From the NCBI GenBank assembly GCA_964558485.1, contig CAZLED010000002.1, positions 16,853 to 80,852 on the forward strand: a DNA stretch of 64,000 nucleotides, given 5' to 3'. This document shows, in pieces, positions 37,492 through 47,164 of this stretch. Under the pieces are notes generated by a model that made no database searches, was not told the origin of the DNA, and saw only the letters and a list, made by a program, of their open reading frames with translations. The stretch is from an uncultured Ruminococcus sp. (GTDB taxonomy: Bacteria; Bacillota; Clostridia; Oscillospirales; CAG-272). Made by a program: the position numbers and the translations under genes. The first letter of the stretch is position 1. Each line of letters begins with the position of its first letter.

Positions 37492-37871
37492 CCGTTTTTG
37501 ATCAGGCTAACCGCAGGGGTACGGGGTGCAAATCGTTCGGGTTCTGGTGCATTCCGATATGGGGATCGTATGCGGTAAGAATTTGGTAAAACGAAAGTAG
37601 GGCGGGATGACCTACCCTTGGTATTCGTATCGCTCTTAGCTGACGACATCCCGCCGTCGATATTTTTGTATGCCCGGTATGGGTATCCGCCAAAACGAAC
37701 ATTTCACAATAGAAAATATTTTCGAAATACGATACGGATATCAACGCACTACATTACCCGTCGAATGATTTGGTGTTCCTTATTGGTATCCACCCAAACG
37801 TCCGTCCAGCACCAAACGATATTCCCAATGTAGCCTAACCGTCCTAATGCGGTTAGCCCAATCAAAAACGG
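37492..37871. repeat. 380-bp non-coding unit bounded by 23-nt inverted repeats (MITE-like, or a long-range RNA helix)
   Basis: CCGTTTTTGATCAGGCTAACCGC (37492-37514) against the reverse complement of 37849-37871, CCGTTTTTGATTGGGCTAACCGC: 21 of 23 match. The interior has no ORF and holds the stem GGGCGGGATG (37600-37609) / CATCCCGCC (37647-37655). Confidence 0.4.
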
Positions 37872-37976
37872 GTGTTTTAAGGCGTACCCCATTTATTGCC
37901 GAATGCCCTGCTTCCAGAGAAACCGTCTGTCAACTGAGGTAGTGCTTTTCGAGACGATTAATAGGGGATGGGAGGT

Positions 37977-38108
37977 CTCGGAGGGTAAGGGGGAACAAAC
38001 TGTCGAGGAAGTTTGATCTTCCCCCTTACCCTCTGAGTACTGCCTGTACAAGGCAGTCATTCCGAAACTCTTCGGAAAAAGAAACTGGGTGTCAGCTCAA
38101 CGCCAGTT
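37977..38108 (+). other. Four consecutive strong hairpins in a gene-free region; possible structured RNA, strand uncertain
   Basis: Arm CTCGGAGGGTAAGGGGGAACAAACT (37977-38001) pairs with AGTTTGATCTTCCCCCTTACCCTCTGAG (38010-38037), roughly 25 bp with one bulge and one G-T pair that is only a wobble on the plus strand. Then ACTGCCT/AGGCAGT, TTCCGAA/TTCGGAA and AACTGG/CCAGTT. Confidence 0.35.
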
Positions 38109-38262
38109 GAAGACGAAAAAACAAAGGATGTAGACAGCCCCCAATGCAGTTGGAAAAATGTGCGACCCTTGCAGAAAGTTAGGTTAAGGGCAACTTTGCT
38201 ACGAGCGAATGTTGGACGCCCTTGCCCCAAAAATAAACTACATGAAGAATGGAGAACAACCT

Positions 38263-39102
38263 ATGATCAAGAATACAGATACCCAAGGCCGCATGGCAGA
38301 GAAGGAGCTGTTCATTTTCGATATGGACGGCACCATTTACCTAGGCGGCAATCCCTTTCCCTTTGCCATCGACTTTATCAAAAAGCTGCGGGCCCATGGA
38401 AAACGGGTGATGTTTTTCACCAACAACGCCTCCCACAATCCGGGGTTCTATCTGGAAAAGCTGACCCGGCTGGGGTATGAACCGACTGCCGAGGAAATCT
38501 GCACCTCCGGCAACGTGACCACCGCTTTTCTGACCCGGAAGAGAGCCGGCAAAAAGGTCTATCTGCTGGGCACGCCGGAGCTGTGGGACCAGATGCACGA
38601 AGGCGGCGTAGCGCTGGTCTGTGACCGCAACGGCCGTCCTACCGAAGAAAAGGCAGACATCGTAGTCACCAGCTTTGACACCACGCTGGACTACGAAAAA
38701 ATGACCGTGACCTGTGATTTTGTGCGGTATGGTGCGGAGTATCTCTCCACCCACCCGGACTTCAACTGCCCCACTGAGACCGGCTTCATTCCGGACAGCG
38801 GCGCCATTGCTGCCTTTGTGACCGCTTCCACTGGTGTGAGCCCCACCTATTTTGGCAAGCCCTATCCGGAGACGGTGGACATGATCGAGGAGATCACCGG
38901 TCTGGACAGAAGCAAAATGTGCATCTTTGGCGACCGGCTGTACACGGACATTGCCACAGGCAGACGGCATGGGATCCTGTCCTGCCTGGTGCTGACCGGG
39001 GAGACCACCGAAGCAGACGTGGATGCTGCCGATGAAGCCGACAAGCCGGATCTGCTGTACGATTCTCTGGCAGAGGTGGACGAGACGATCTTTGGCAAAT
39101 AA
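38263..39102 (+). CDS. HAD-IIA family hydrolase (NagD-like sugar-phosphate/nucleotide phosphatase)
   Basis: Start moved to MIKNTDT (ATG 38263, GGAGAACAACCT upstream). Motif I FIFDMDGTIY, motif II FFTNNAS, motif IV IFGDRLYTDI. Confidence 0.85.
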   Translation: MIKNTDTQGRMAEKELFIFDMDGTIYLGGNPFPFAIDFIKKLRAHGKRVMFFTNNASHNPGFYLEKLTRLGYEPTAEEICTSGNVTTAFLTRKRAGKKVYLLGTPELWDQMHEGGVALVCDRNGRPTEEKADIVVTSFDTTLDYEKMTVTCDFVRYGAEYLSTHPDFNCPTETGFIPDSGAIAAFVTASTGVSPTYFGKPYPETVDMIEEITGLDRSKMCIFGDRLYTDIATGRRHGILSCLVLTGETTEADVDAADEADKPDLLYDSLAEVDETIFGK

Positions 39103-39240
39103 AAAAAGTGGCGGCACCGGTGACCGTGCAGGTATCGTTCTCCACGGCCGGAAATGCCCAACGGCTTGGCCAAAGCAGGGAAGCGGCTCTTCTCTGTTTG
39201 GATATATACCACAACACTTGCAGAAAGGAAATACTGCGCT

Positions 39241-40290
39241 ATGTCTATGCTGGCGTTTTTTGAGCAACTGACCCAAAGTCCCATGCTGCTTGTTTCCACC
39301 ATCCTGACCCTGGGTGTGATCCTGGTGAACGGATGGACGGATGCGCCCAATGCCATTGCCACCTGCGTTTCCACCAGAGCCATTGGCGTGCGAAAGGCGA
39401 TCCTGATGGCAGCGGTGTTCAACTTCCTTGGCGTTCTGGTGATGACCTCTCTGAATGCTTCGGTGGCCATGACCATCTACAACATTGCCGATTTTGGCGG
39501 CGACCCGCAAACGTCCCTGATCGCGCTCTGTGCCGCTATGGCTGCCATTGTGATCTGGGCTACGGCCGCCTGGTACTTCGGCATTCCCACCAGTGAGAGC
39601 CATGCCCTGATCGCCGGGATCTCCGGTGCTGCGGTTGCCATCCAGAACAGCTTCTCCGGCATCAACGGCGGCGAATGGATCAAGGTTTTATACGGGATCG
39701 TGCTGTCCACGGTGTTGGGGTTTGTCATGGGCTTTCTTTCGTCCCGGCTGGTGGTGTTCTGCTTCCGGGACAAAAACCGGCTGAAATGTGAGAAATTCTT
39801 CTCCGGTGCCCAGGTGGCCGGTGGTGCTGCTATGGCATTCATGCACGGTGCCCAGGACGGTCAAAAATTCATGGCCATCTTCCTGCTGGGTGCAGCCTTT
39901 TCCAGCGGCAACGCAGAGGCCACCAGCTTTACGGTACCCCTGTGGCTCATGATCTTATGCTCTGCCGTCATGGGACTGGGCACCTCCATCGGCGGCTATC
40001 GGATCATCAAATCCGTGGGCATGGACATGGTCAAGCTCAAGCCCTACCAAGGCTTTGCGGCGGATCTGTCTGCCACACTGTGTCTGCTGCTGTCCTCTCT
40101 GACCGGTATTCCCGTCAGCACCACCCATACCAAGACCACGGCCATCATGGGTGTAGGAGCGGCACGGCGGATCAGCAACGTGAACTGGAGCGTGGTGAAG
40201 GAGCTGGTGCTGACCTGGGTATGTACCTTCCCCGGCTGCGGTCTGTTGGGATTCGGCATGGCCAAGCTGTTTTTGGCAGTATTTGCATAA
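39241..40290 (+). CDS. pit: Inorganic phosphate transporter, PiT family
   Basis: Start moved to MSMLAFFEQ (ATG 39241). Duplicated PiT signature: GWTDAPNAIAT near the N-terminus and IPVSTTHTKTTAIMGVG near the C-terminus. Confidence 0.9.
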   Translation: MSMLAFFEQLTQSPMLLVSTILTLGVILVNGWTDAPNAIATCVSTRAIGVRKAILMAAVFNFLGVLVMTSLNASVAMTIYNIADFGGDPQTSLIALCAAMAAIVIWATAAWYFGIPTSESHALIAGISGAAVAIQNSFSGINGGEWIKVLYGIVLSTVLGFVMGFLSSRLVVFCFRDKNRLKCEKFFSGAQVAGGAAMAFMHGAQDGQKFMAIFLLGAAFSSGNAEATSFTVPLWLMILCSAVMGLGTSIGGYRIIKSVGMDMVKLKPYQGFAADLSATLCLLLSSLTGIPVSTTHTKTTAIMGVGAARRISNVNWSVVKELVLTWVCTFPGCGLLGFGMAKLFLAVFA

Positions 40291-40302
40291 GGAGATATTA
40301 CA

Positions 40303-40923
40303 ATGGCTAAGAAGAACAACGACTATTTTGCTCTGATCCAGAGCCAGACCTCGTATGCCGTAAAGGCTTCTGACCTGCTGGAAGAGATCCTGACCGGGTT
40401 CCGGGCCGACAACGTTGCCGACTACCGGAGCCGGATGCACGAGATCGAGAACACGGCAGACGGTGTCCACCACGATATTCTGAAAAAACTGTCCACGGAG
40501 TTCATCACGCCCATCGACCAGGAGGACATCCTGCGGCTGGTGCAGATCATCGACGACATCACCGACGCACTGGACGAAGTGATCTTAGACATTTATATGT
40601 ACTGCATCGAAGCGGTGCCGCCACGGACCGTGGAGCTGTCCCACGTGGTGAATCGGTGTGTCAAGGCATTGGACGAAGCGGCCGGGGAACTGAAGAACTT
40701 CAAGAAGCCGGAGAATCTGCGTGCGCTGCTGGTGAAGGTCAACGACATCGAGATCGAAGCGGATGCGATCTATATCGAAGCGATCCACGCTCTGTTTGGC
40801 TCTGCCGCCGACGGAAAGGTGTTGATGGGCTCCAAGGCAGTCTACGAGGCGCTGGAGGACTGCTGTGACCTATGTGAACACGCCGCCGACGTGATCGAGC
40901 AGATCGTGATCAAGAACACCTGA
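40303..40923 (+). CDS. DUF47 family protein (PhoU-like Pit accessory/regulator)
   Basis: SD AAGGAG. 206 aa, all helical. Blocks E..AD.....L...F..P.D.EDI and D.L..A typical of DUF47. Directly follows pit. Confidence 0.8.
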   Translation: MAKKNNDYFALIQSQTSYAVKASDLLEEILTGFRADNVADYRSRMHEIENTADGVHHDILKKLSTEFITPIDQEDILRLVQIIDDITDALDEVILDIYMYCIEAVPPRTVELSHVVNRCVKALDEAAGELKNFKKPENLRALLVKVNDIEIEADAIYIEAIHALFGSAADGKVLMGSKAVYEALEDCCDLCEHAADVIEQIVIKNT

Positions 40924-40935
40924 GAAAAGCGCCAA

Positions 40936-40980
40936 AAAGAGATCAGAGAAGTGCCAAGCCTGCTCCGATCTCTTTTGCTT
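40936..40980. terminator. Bidirectional terminator between the convergent DUF47 and spoIIP genes
   Basis: AAAGAGATCAGAG (40936-40948) pairs with CTCCGATCTCTTT (40963-40975), with one mismatch. T-rich tail. Confidence 0.6.
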
Positions 40981-41011
40981 TGATGTACTGCGTTTCCCTT
41001 TTTCTACCAAA

Positions 41012-42337
41012 TTATTTTTGTTCTTGTAGGATCTCCTCTGCCAGTGCTTCCCCCAGCAGTCGTATGCCCTGTACCGCTTCCTCCAAGGCGGAGCAGGCAG
41101 CACCGGCTTCGATCAGCAGTGCTCCCGGCGCATATTGGGCATTGAAGGAGGCGGAGCGCAGGTTGATGTCTCGCATCAGGGTCGGATGGCTTTCGTGGAT
41201 CGACGACTGCAGACGGGCCGCCAACGCCAGATTGGTCTCCCATTCGGTGTGTCCGCTGCCACCATGGTCGGTGCCCACCACGAACATGAGCTGGGCATAT
41301 TCCGTATCGCCTTCCACGGACAAGGGCCGGATGCCCATGCCGTCTGCATTGGTGATGGCGTCCCGATGGATGTCCAGTATGTACCGGATGGACGGGTGTG
41401 CTGCCAGGGTCTCCCGGATGTAGCGGGCCGCATTGTAGTACGCCATGTCAAAGGCACCTTCGTCAAACAGCTCCGTACAATGGATGACCCCGATCCCCTT
41501 TTCCGTCAGCACCTCCGACAGCGCCTTGCCGACCTGCAGGATGCTGTGGTCCCGATCGGTGGTGTGATAGCCCGTCTCCGCCTGGTCTGCAAAGGCTTCG
41601 GTACCGTGGGTGTGCAGGATCAGCACCGCAGGACAATCCTTCCCATAGATGGATTCCAGTGCCCCGTACCGGTCGATCACCGGATCGGTTCGGGCAAGGA
41701 CCGACAGCTCCGGTGTGTAGGGCGTTTCGTTGATCAGTCCCAGCCCACCGGCACTGCGGGAGGACAGATCCTTGGTCAGTACCTCCGTCACCGGCATCGG
41801 CACCACACCTTCGTTGGCTGGCGGCGCATCGGTCTCCGGTTCCGGTATGGGAAGCGCAGGTGTGTCCGACTCCGGTGTGTCCGGCCCCGGTGTATCCTGT
41901 CGGGGTTTGGCGGCGGCAGTCGCACCGGACGGTGGCACCTCCGGCAGTACGGTCACGGTATGGGTGCTGCCGAATACAGCCTTGGCTGCCCATGCACCAT
42001 CCGTGAACCACGCCTTTGCGTTCTGCCAAAGCAGCAGCCCATACACACCGGCGCCCACCAGTGCCAGTGCTACCACCGCACCGGTACGAAAGCGACCCAT
42101 CCGGCGGCGTGTCCGTGGTGTGCGTATCGTGGGCACGTCGATGGCAGCAGGCAGAGGAAATCCAGGCTCTGGTACAGGTGCAGGTGTGACATCGGGACGT
42201 ATGGGCGTCACCGGTGTCGCTATGGCAGCAGGCAGCGTGGGTGCGTCTAAATCTCCCACCTCGCCGGCGTCCGGATACAGCGCATAGCAGGACACACCGG
42301 CATCGGTCGGCATGGTGGTCTCCAGCATCTTGTCCAT
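41012..42337 (-). CDS. spoIIP: Stage II sporulation protein P
   Basis: From ORF 41012..42382. ATG 42337 (MDKMLE) is preferred because GGAAGGAAG lies upstream. One TM helix, a Pro/Thr-rich linker, then SpoIIP blocks VLILHTHGTEAF, LDIHRDA and MFVVG. Confidence 0.8.
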   Translation of the reverse strand: MDKMLETTMPTDAGVSCYALYPDAGEVGDLDAPTLPAAIATPVTPIRPDVTPAPVPEPGFPLPAAIDVPTIRTPRTRRRMGRFRTGAVVALALVGAGVYGLLLWQNAKAWFTDGAWAAKAVFGSTHTVTVLPEVPPSGATAAAKPRQDTPGPDTPESDTPALPIPEPETDAPPANEGVVPMPVTEVLTKDLSSRSAGGLGLINETPYTPELSVLARTDPVIDRYGALESIYGKDCPAVLILHTHGTEAFADQAETGYHTTDRDHSILQVGKALSEVLTEKGIGVIHCTELFDEGAFDMAYYNAARYIRETLAAHPSIRYILDIHRDAITNADGMGIRPLSVEGDTEYAQLMFVVGTDHGGSGHTEWETNLALAARLQSSIHESHPTLMRDINLRSASFNAQYAPGALLIEAGAACSALEEAVQGIRLLGEALAEEILQEQK

Positions 42338-42437
42338 TTTCTTCTTCCTTCCATAGGTTCCGTAGTGATATGTCCTATACATATGCCCGCCGGTGCCAAA
42401 TTATGCCATGTGCCGTGGTCATTTCCCGTGGACGGCC

Positions 42438-43211
42438 CTAAGAGATCTGCGGTGGATCCGGTGTGGTGGCCGCTTGCAGGATGGCAGAGGAAAGCAGACT
42501 GCCCCAGCGCTCCACCGTGCGGTCTGTGTCTCCGGCGCTCACCAGATACCGCAGGTCGCCACCATCCGGCAGCGTGGTGCGTATCACGGTGGGCACGCCA
42601 ACGGTCACCACGGGGCAGGGCATGGTCCGTGTGGAGATCTCCGGCGCATCGGTGTCGGCAGCTGCCGTTGTCCCACTGCCCGGTGTCAGCCCCACATCGG
42701 AGAACTGCACCACCTTGCCCAGTGAAGCGGCACGACAGGCACACAGTGCATCGATGGCTACGATCCGGTCGGCGTGGAGCAGCGCTGCCGTATGGGCGAC
42801 CAGTTGGTCGGTGGGGATCCCCGTGACGGCCGACACACCGGGCACCAGGCTGTAGAGCGTTCGCTGCCCCAGTGGTACGCCGCCCAGCGTCAATCGACTG
42901 CACACCGCCGTACCCAGCCGGTCAGCCGTCAGCGCCCCGTTGCCCAGTCCCACCACCAGCACCTGCCCGGCGTCCTGCAGATACAGGTTCAGCAGCGCCG
43001 CTATGGCACGGGTGAGACGGCGACAGGCATCGGCTCCCAAGGACACCACGTCCCCGGCACTCAGCGTATGGTGGCGTGTATGGCCAAGACGCCCTTCCTG
43101 CACAGGCCAGCCGAACAGGGTATGCGATGGGGTCTCGCCGGTCTCCATGCCTCCTTGCGACGGGTCCGCACACTCCATGTACAGCGCACTTTCATGACGG
43201 GAATATTGCAT
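42438..43211 (-). CDS. gpr: Germination protease (spore endopeptidase GPR)
   Basis: From ORF 42438..43556, with the start moved to MQYSRHE (ATG 43211, AAAGGAGGAG upstream). VLVVGLGNGALTADRLG, IVAIDAL, GLTPGSG and VGVPTVI match GPR family blocks. Adjacent to spoIIP, as in other Firmicutes. Confidence 0.75.
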   Translation of the reverse strand: MQYSRHESALYMECADPSQGGMETGETPSHTLFGWPVQEGRLGHTRHHTLSAGDVVSLGADACRRLTRAIAALLNLYLQDAGQVLVVGLGNGALTADRLGTAVCSRLTLGGVPLGQRTLYSLVPGVSAVTGIPTDQLVAHTAALLHADRIVAIDALCACRAASLGKVVQFSDVGLTPGSGTTAAADTDAPEISTRTMPCPVVTVGVPTVIRTTLPDGGDLRYLVSAGDTDRTVERWGSLLSSAILQAATTPDPPQIS

Positions 43212-43497
43212 CCGCTTCTCCTCCTTTTTGGCTGTTTTTGCGTCCGAAAGCAGTGTTGCCTGCCATGCCGGGATCCATGCAGTGCAGTGAAAAATGAGGA
43301 GAGCGGACGTTCGTTTCCTGCGTTGGATCGGTGGTACACAAATGTAAAATGAGCTCCGTTGGCAAAAAATGGAAAAAAACCGGCTCGAACGGGGCTGCGG
43401 AGCGGAAAATGCGAAAAAATCGTTGGCAAAAGTGCACAAAAAAATAAGGCGAAATTGTGCATTTGGATGAATCTTGACAATTCTGCAAAAGAAGATG

Positions 43498-43526
43498 TTG
43501 ATTCTCTGACAAAAAAGTGGTATAAT
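43498..43526 (+). promoter_or_regulatory. Putative promoter of the peptide-binding protein gene
   Basis: TTGATT (43498-43503), 17-nt spacer ending TGG, TATAAT (43521-43526). Confidence 0.5.
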
Positions 43527-43602
43527 GTGGTGAGTAATAAATGACCCGTAGTCCACTACAGTCTACTACGCTTTATTTACCGTTAGGAGGAAATACGAAA
43601 TC

Positions 43603-45366
43603 ATGAAAAAAAAGGTGTTATCCCTGCTTCTGGCTGCGCTGATGCTGATGACCACGCTGGCGAGCTGCACGACTCTGGAGGAAGATGACAAGGGTGCTAT
43701 CATCGATATGTACCTGACCACCGAAGTCTTTGACTTTGACCCCCAGCTGAGCATGACCGACGACGCACAGCTCAAGTACATGAGCCTGATGTTCGAAGGC
43801 CTGACCCGTATCGATGAAAAGGGCAAGTGGGAAAAGGCCCTGATGAGCAACTACAAGGTGGAAGTGGACGACGGCGAAAACTTCTCCATCCTGATCGACA
43901 TGAATATCACCCGTTGGAGCGATGGTCGTACCGTACAGGCCGGCGACTTCATCTACTCCTGGAAGAGACTGCTTGACCCCGACCAGCAGTGGGAAGGCGC
44001 ATCTCTGCTCTACGACATAAAGAATGCCAAGGCTGCCAAGATGGGCGATGCGTCCATCGACGACATCGGTATCGCAGCCGTGGATACCTATACCATTCAG
44101 GTGGAATTCGAATCCAAGATCGACCTGGACGGCTTCTTTGAAAAGCTGTCTGCCATCTGCCTGGTACCGCTGCGTGAAGACGTGATCACCCGGTATGGCG
44201 ACACCTGGGCCAGAAAGACCACCTCCATCGTGACCAATGGTGCCTTTGTACCCAAGGAAGTTGTAGCCGGCTCCGACATCCGTCTGGAACGCTCCACCTA
44301 TTACTATCTGGATCCCGATAAGGAAGAGCATCTGGATAAGTATGTTATCCCCTACAGACTGCTGACCAAGTATGCGACCGGTACGGCTGCCGACCAGCTG
44401 GCTTCCTTTACTGCCGGTGGTATCTTCTATGACGGTGAGCTCTCTCTGGCTGACCGTGCGACCTACAAGGATTCTGCTGTTGTGACGGACATGATGGGCA
44501 CCCACACCTATATGTTCAACACCAACAACAAGCTGTTTGAAAAGGCAGAGGTACGCCGTGCTCTGTCTCTGGCACTGGACAGAAATGCCATTGCACAGAT
44601 CGTGACCTTCGCAAAGCCTGCTACCGGTTACGTTCCCTATAAGGTATTCGACACCGCATCCGGCACTTCCTTCCGGGAAGTCGGTGGAGACGTGATCTCT
44701 GCCTCCGCCAATGTTTCTGAGGCACAGAGCCTGCTGGCCTCTGCCGGTGTCAAGAGCGGTTCCTTCAGCATCGCTGTACGGAACAACGAAGTAGACCTGG
44801 CCGTTGCTGACTATGTCAAGGGTGTTTGGGAAGGTCTGGGCTTCACCGTAACTGTGGAGACCCTGGGCACCAAGAAGAACGCTGAGGATACCGTAGACGA
44901 CCTGTTCCAGGATGCGTACGAATCCGGTGACTTTGACGTGATCGCCATCGACACCATGTTCCTGTCTGCTGACGCCTTTGGTGCACTGTCTCAGTTCTCC
45001 ACGGCCTACTCCGGCAATGGTGTGGACATGAACTCCGCTTCCTACGATCTGTACGGCCACGTATCCGGTTATGCCAATGCCGACTACGATGCCCTGATCG
45101 ACTCTGCTTATGCTACCTATGACAGAGCTGCCAGAACCGCTATCCTGCACGACGCCGAAAAGAAGCTGATGGAAGATATGCCGGTTTGCCCGCTGTACTT
45201 CCTGCAGGACGCTTATATCTACTCCACCGAGCTGTCCGGCCTTGCTACGGATTACTACGGTGTACGGAACTTCAACGATGTAAAACTGAACGATTACATG
45301 ACCTATAAGGCTGCTACCGATACGTCGGAAGCCGCTGCTCCTGCCGGAGACACCACTGCACAGTAA
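43603..45366 (+). CDS. ABC transporter substrate-binding lipoprotein, family 5 (oligo/dipeptide type)
   Basis: SD AGGAGG. Lipobox TLASCTT. 587 aa with the typical family-5 N-terminal block (YLTTEVFDFDPQ...MFEGLTR). No adjacent permease genes. Confidence 0.85.
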   Translation: MKKKVLSLLLAALMLMTTLASCTTLEEDDKGAIIDMYLTTEVFDFDPQLSMTDDAQLKYMSLMFEGLTRIDEKGKWEKALMSNYKVEVDDGENFSILIDMNITRWSDGRTVQAGDFIYSWKRLLDPDQQWEGASLLYDIKNAKAAKMGDASIDDIGIAAVDTYTIQVEFESKIDLDGFFEKLSAICLVPLREDVITRYGDTWARKTTSIVTNGAFVPKEVVAGSDIRLERSTYYYLDPDKEEHLDKYVIPYRLLTKYATGTAADQLASFTAGGIFYDGELSLADRATYKDSAVVTDMMGTHTYMFNTNNKLFEKAEVRRALSLALDRNAIAQIVTFAKPATGYVPYKVFDTASGTSFREVGGDVISASANVSEAQSLLASAGVKSGSFSIAVRNNEVDLAVADYVKGVWEGLGFTVTVETLGTKKNAEDTVDDLFQDAYESGDFDVIAIDTMFLSADAFGALSQFSTAYSGNGVDMNSASYDLYGHVSGYANADYDALIDSAYATYDRAARTAILHDAEKKLMEDMPVCPLYFLQDAYIYSTELSGLATDYYGVRNFNDVKLNDYMTYKAATDTSEAAAPAGDTTAQ

Positions 45367-45391
45367 ATCGTTCGCCGATACAGAAGAAATG

Positions 45392-45423
45392 AACGGAGGA
45401 GCGACCAACTCCTCCGTTTTTCT
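45392..45423 (+). terminator. Rho-independent terminator
   Basis: AACGGAGGAG (45392-45401) pairs with CTCCTCCGTT (45409-45418), followed by a T tract. Confidence 0.75.
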
Positions 45424-45513
45424 GTAAAGGCCTAAGTGGACGCTGATGATGCACCAACCCTGCACAGCGTTTACTTCAGGCATCGATCTCTGGAAGAAAT
45501 GAGGAACACGAGC

Positions 45514-46107
45514 ATGGCTGAGCTTCTGAGAGAACCGGATCAGGTGAAGGTGTTCATCCTGTATCTGCTGGATAAGATCGGCTATCCACTGAACTATACC
45601 GATGTGGGTACGATCATCATCCGAGATGGTTTGGTTGATTATTTTAATTTTGTGGAAAATTTCCGGAGCCTACTGGAAAACGGACACATCCGTGGTATCC
45701 GTCCGGATGGTTCCATCGTAGAGCCGGACGAGGACTTTCATCCGGACGACGACAGCATTTTGTACGAGGTCACCCGCAAGGGCAAGGTGGTGGCCGAGGG
45801 ACTGGCAGACGACCTGCTGATGGCTGCGGTGCGGGAAAAAAGCTACGTCAGTGCGATGCGGCATTTGTCCCTGGAAAAGCGTGGCGCCGTCATCGACCAG
45901 TCGGCAGAGAACAACGGCGACAGCGGCTTTCTCTTCCATTGCACCATCAAGGATAAGGACGGCCTGGCGCTGAAGCTGTCTCTCCGTGCGGAGACCTACA
46001 ACCAGCTGCGCCGTATGCAGATGAACTTCGAGGACAAACCGGATGTGGTCCTGCGTGGGATCACCGCACTGGTCACGGGCAATGTAAACTATCTGTTTGA
46101 TGAATGA
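45514..46107 (+). CDS. DUF4364 family protein (PadR-like winged-helix N-domain)
   Basis: Start moved to MAELLREP (ATG 45514, GAGGAACACGAGC upstream). The N-terminal VKVFILYLLDKIGYPLNYTDV pattern is typical of this Clostridia family. Confidence 0.6.
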   Translation: MAELLREPDQVKVFILYLLDKIGYPLNYTDVGTIIIRDGLVDYFNFVENFRSLLENGHIRGIRPDGSIVEPDEDFHPDDDSILYEVTRKGKVVAEGLADDLLMAAVREKSYVSAMRHLSLEKRGAVIDQSAENNGDSGFLFHCTIKDKDGLALKLSLRAETYNQLRRMQMNFEDKPDVVLRGITALVTGNVNYLFDE

Positions 46108-46150
46108 CAACCGGTTTGACGAATGACAACCGCTTTGGCGAATGCCAAAA
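46094..46150 (+). repeat. Three tandem 19-nt units spanning the stop codon of the DUF4364 gene
   Basis: TTTGATGAATGACAACCGG / TTTGACGAATGACAACCGC / TTTGGCGAATGCCAAAAAC. Confidence 0.6.
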
Positions 46151-46302
46151 ACACCGGCGCAGGATCCAATGTGTTTGAGATTATTCAATTCTACATCTGT
46201 GTAATTCGTCGAAATCACCTAACAAAGCGGAAGAAAAATGGTGAATTTGCACATGAGCCGATTGGGAGACGAAAAAAATCTGCCTTTATTTTTACAAAAC
46301 TA

Positions 46303-46330
46303 TTGACAAATTCGCAATTCATGATATAAT
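46303..46330 (+). promoter_or_regulatory. Sigma-70-type promoter of the sigma factor gene
   Basis: TTGACA (46303-46308), 16-nt spacer, TATAAT (46325-46330). Confidence 0.6.
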
Positions 46331-46371
46331 GAAATCAAGTATCGATTTGGGAAAGTGTGTGTGACCTGTAT

Positions 46372-47052
46372 ATGAATCGTTCCGGAGATGAACCGGTCGC
46401 CGGGATGGCCACCGAGACGGTCGCCGAAAAGGAACTGGAAGTGCTGCTTGCCCAGATCCGGGAAGGTCATGACACCGGCGCTTTCGAGAAGCTCTGCGAG
46501 AAATATGCCCATCTGCTGGACGCCATGGTGAAGCAGTATGCACCATCACTGGGGATCACGGCGGCACAGGGTACCTCAGAGCTGTTGGGCATCGGTCGAG
46601 ACGAGCTGCGACAGGACGCCGCTATGGCACTGTATCGCGCCGCTATGACCTATGACCCGTCGTCGGACAAGGGACAAAAGGTGCGCTTCGGACTGTATGC
46701 CAAGATCTGCATCCGCAATGCCATGATCACCCAGATCCGGCGGTATGAACGGCTGCGTGCCCGGCGGGAACAGCAGACCAAAGGTCCACCCAGGCGTGAC
46801 AGACGGGAAAAATGGGAAGCACTGGATCCATCGGTCCTGACCGGCGATACCATGGTCCGGCTGCAAACGGCGTTGTCTGCCTACGAAAAGCAGATCCTGC
46901 CGCTGTATCTGCAGGGCAAACCACCCAGAGAGATCGCCACGGTGCTTGGCCGATCGGAAAGATCCATCAGCAATGGGATCTATCGGATCAAATGCAAGCT
47001 GAAGGAGCTGCGGCAAGCGGCAAAACAACATAGGACAAAGCCTCTTCCATAG
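46372..47052 (+). CDS. RNA polymerase sigma factor, sigma-70 family (regions 2 and 4 only)
   Basis: Region 2: DELRQDAAMALYRAAMTYDP...FGLYAKICIRNAMITQIRR. Region 4 HTH: LSAYEKQILPLYLQGKPPREIATVLGRSERSISNGIYRIKCKL. Start uncertain: GTG 46357, ATG 46372 or ATG 46405. Confidence 0.8.
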   Translation: MNRSGDEPVAGMATETVAEKELEVLLAQIREGHDTGAFEKLCEKYAHLLDAMVKQYAPSLGITAAQGTSELLGIGRDELRQDAAMALYRAAMTYDPSSDKGQKVRFGLYAKICIRNAMITQIRRYERLRARREQQTKGPPRRDRREKWEALDPSVLTGDTMVRLQTALSAYEKQILPLYLQGKPPREIATVLGRSERSISNGIYRIKCKLKELRQAAKQHRTKPLP

Positions 47053-47164
47053 AGAGGATGTCATATATGCCCGAATAGCTTAAAAGAGAGCGTTGGTTAC
47101 AAAGGTGACGGTGGGAATCCGTCGAGGGCAAGAAATTTTCACCATTCAAAGCGAGGAAAAAAAG

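Noticed and set aside
37315-38262. Searched the large intergenic region for tmRNA (tRNA-like 3' end), RNase P (GAGGAAAGTCC), group II intron domain V and common riboswitch cores.
   Set aside because: None of these signature sequences is present on either strand. The region is reported only as unclassified structure.
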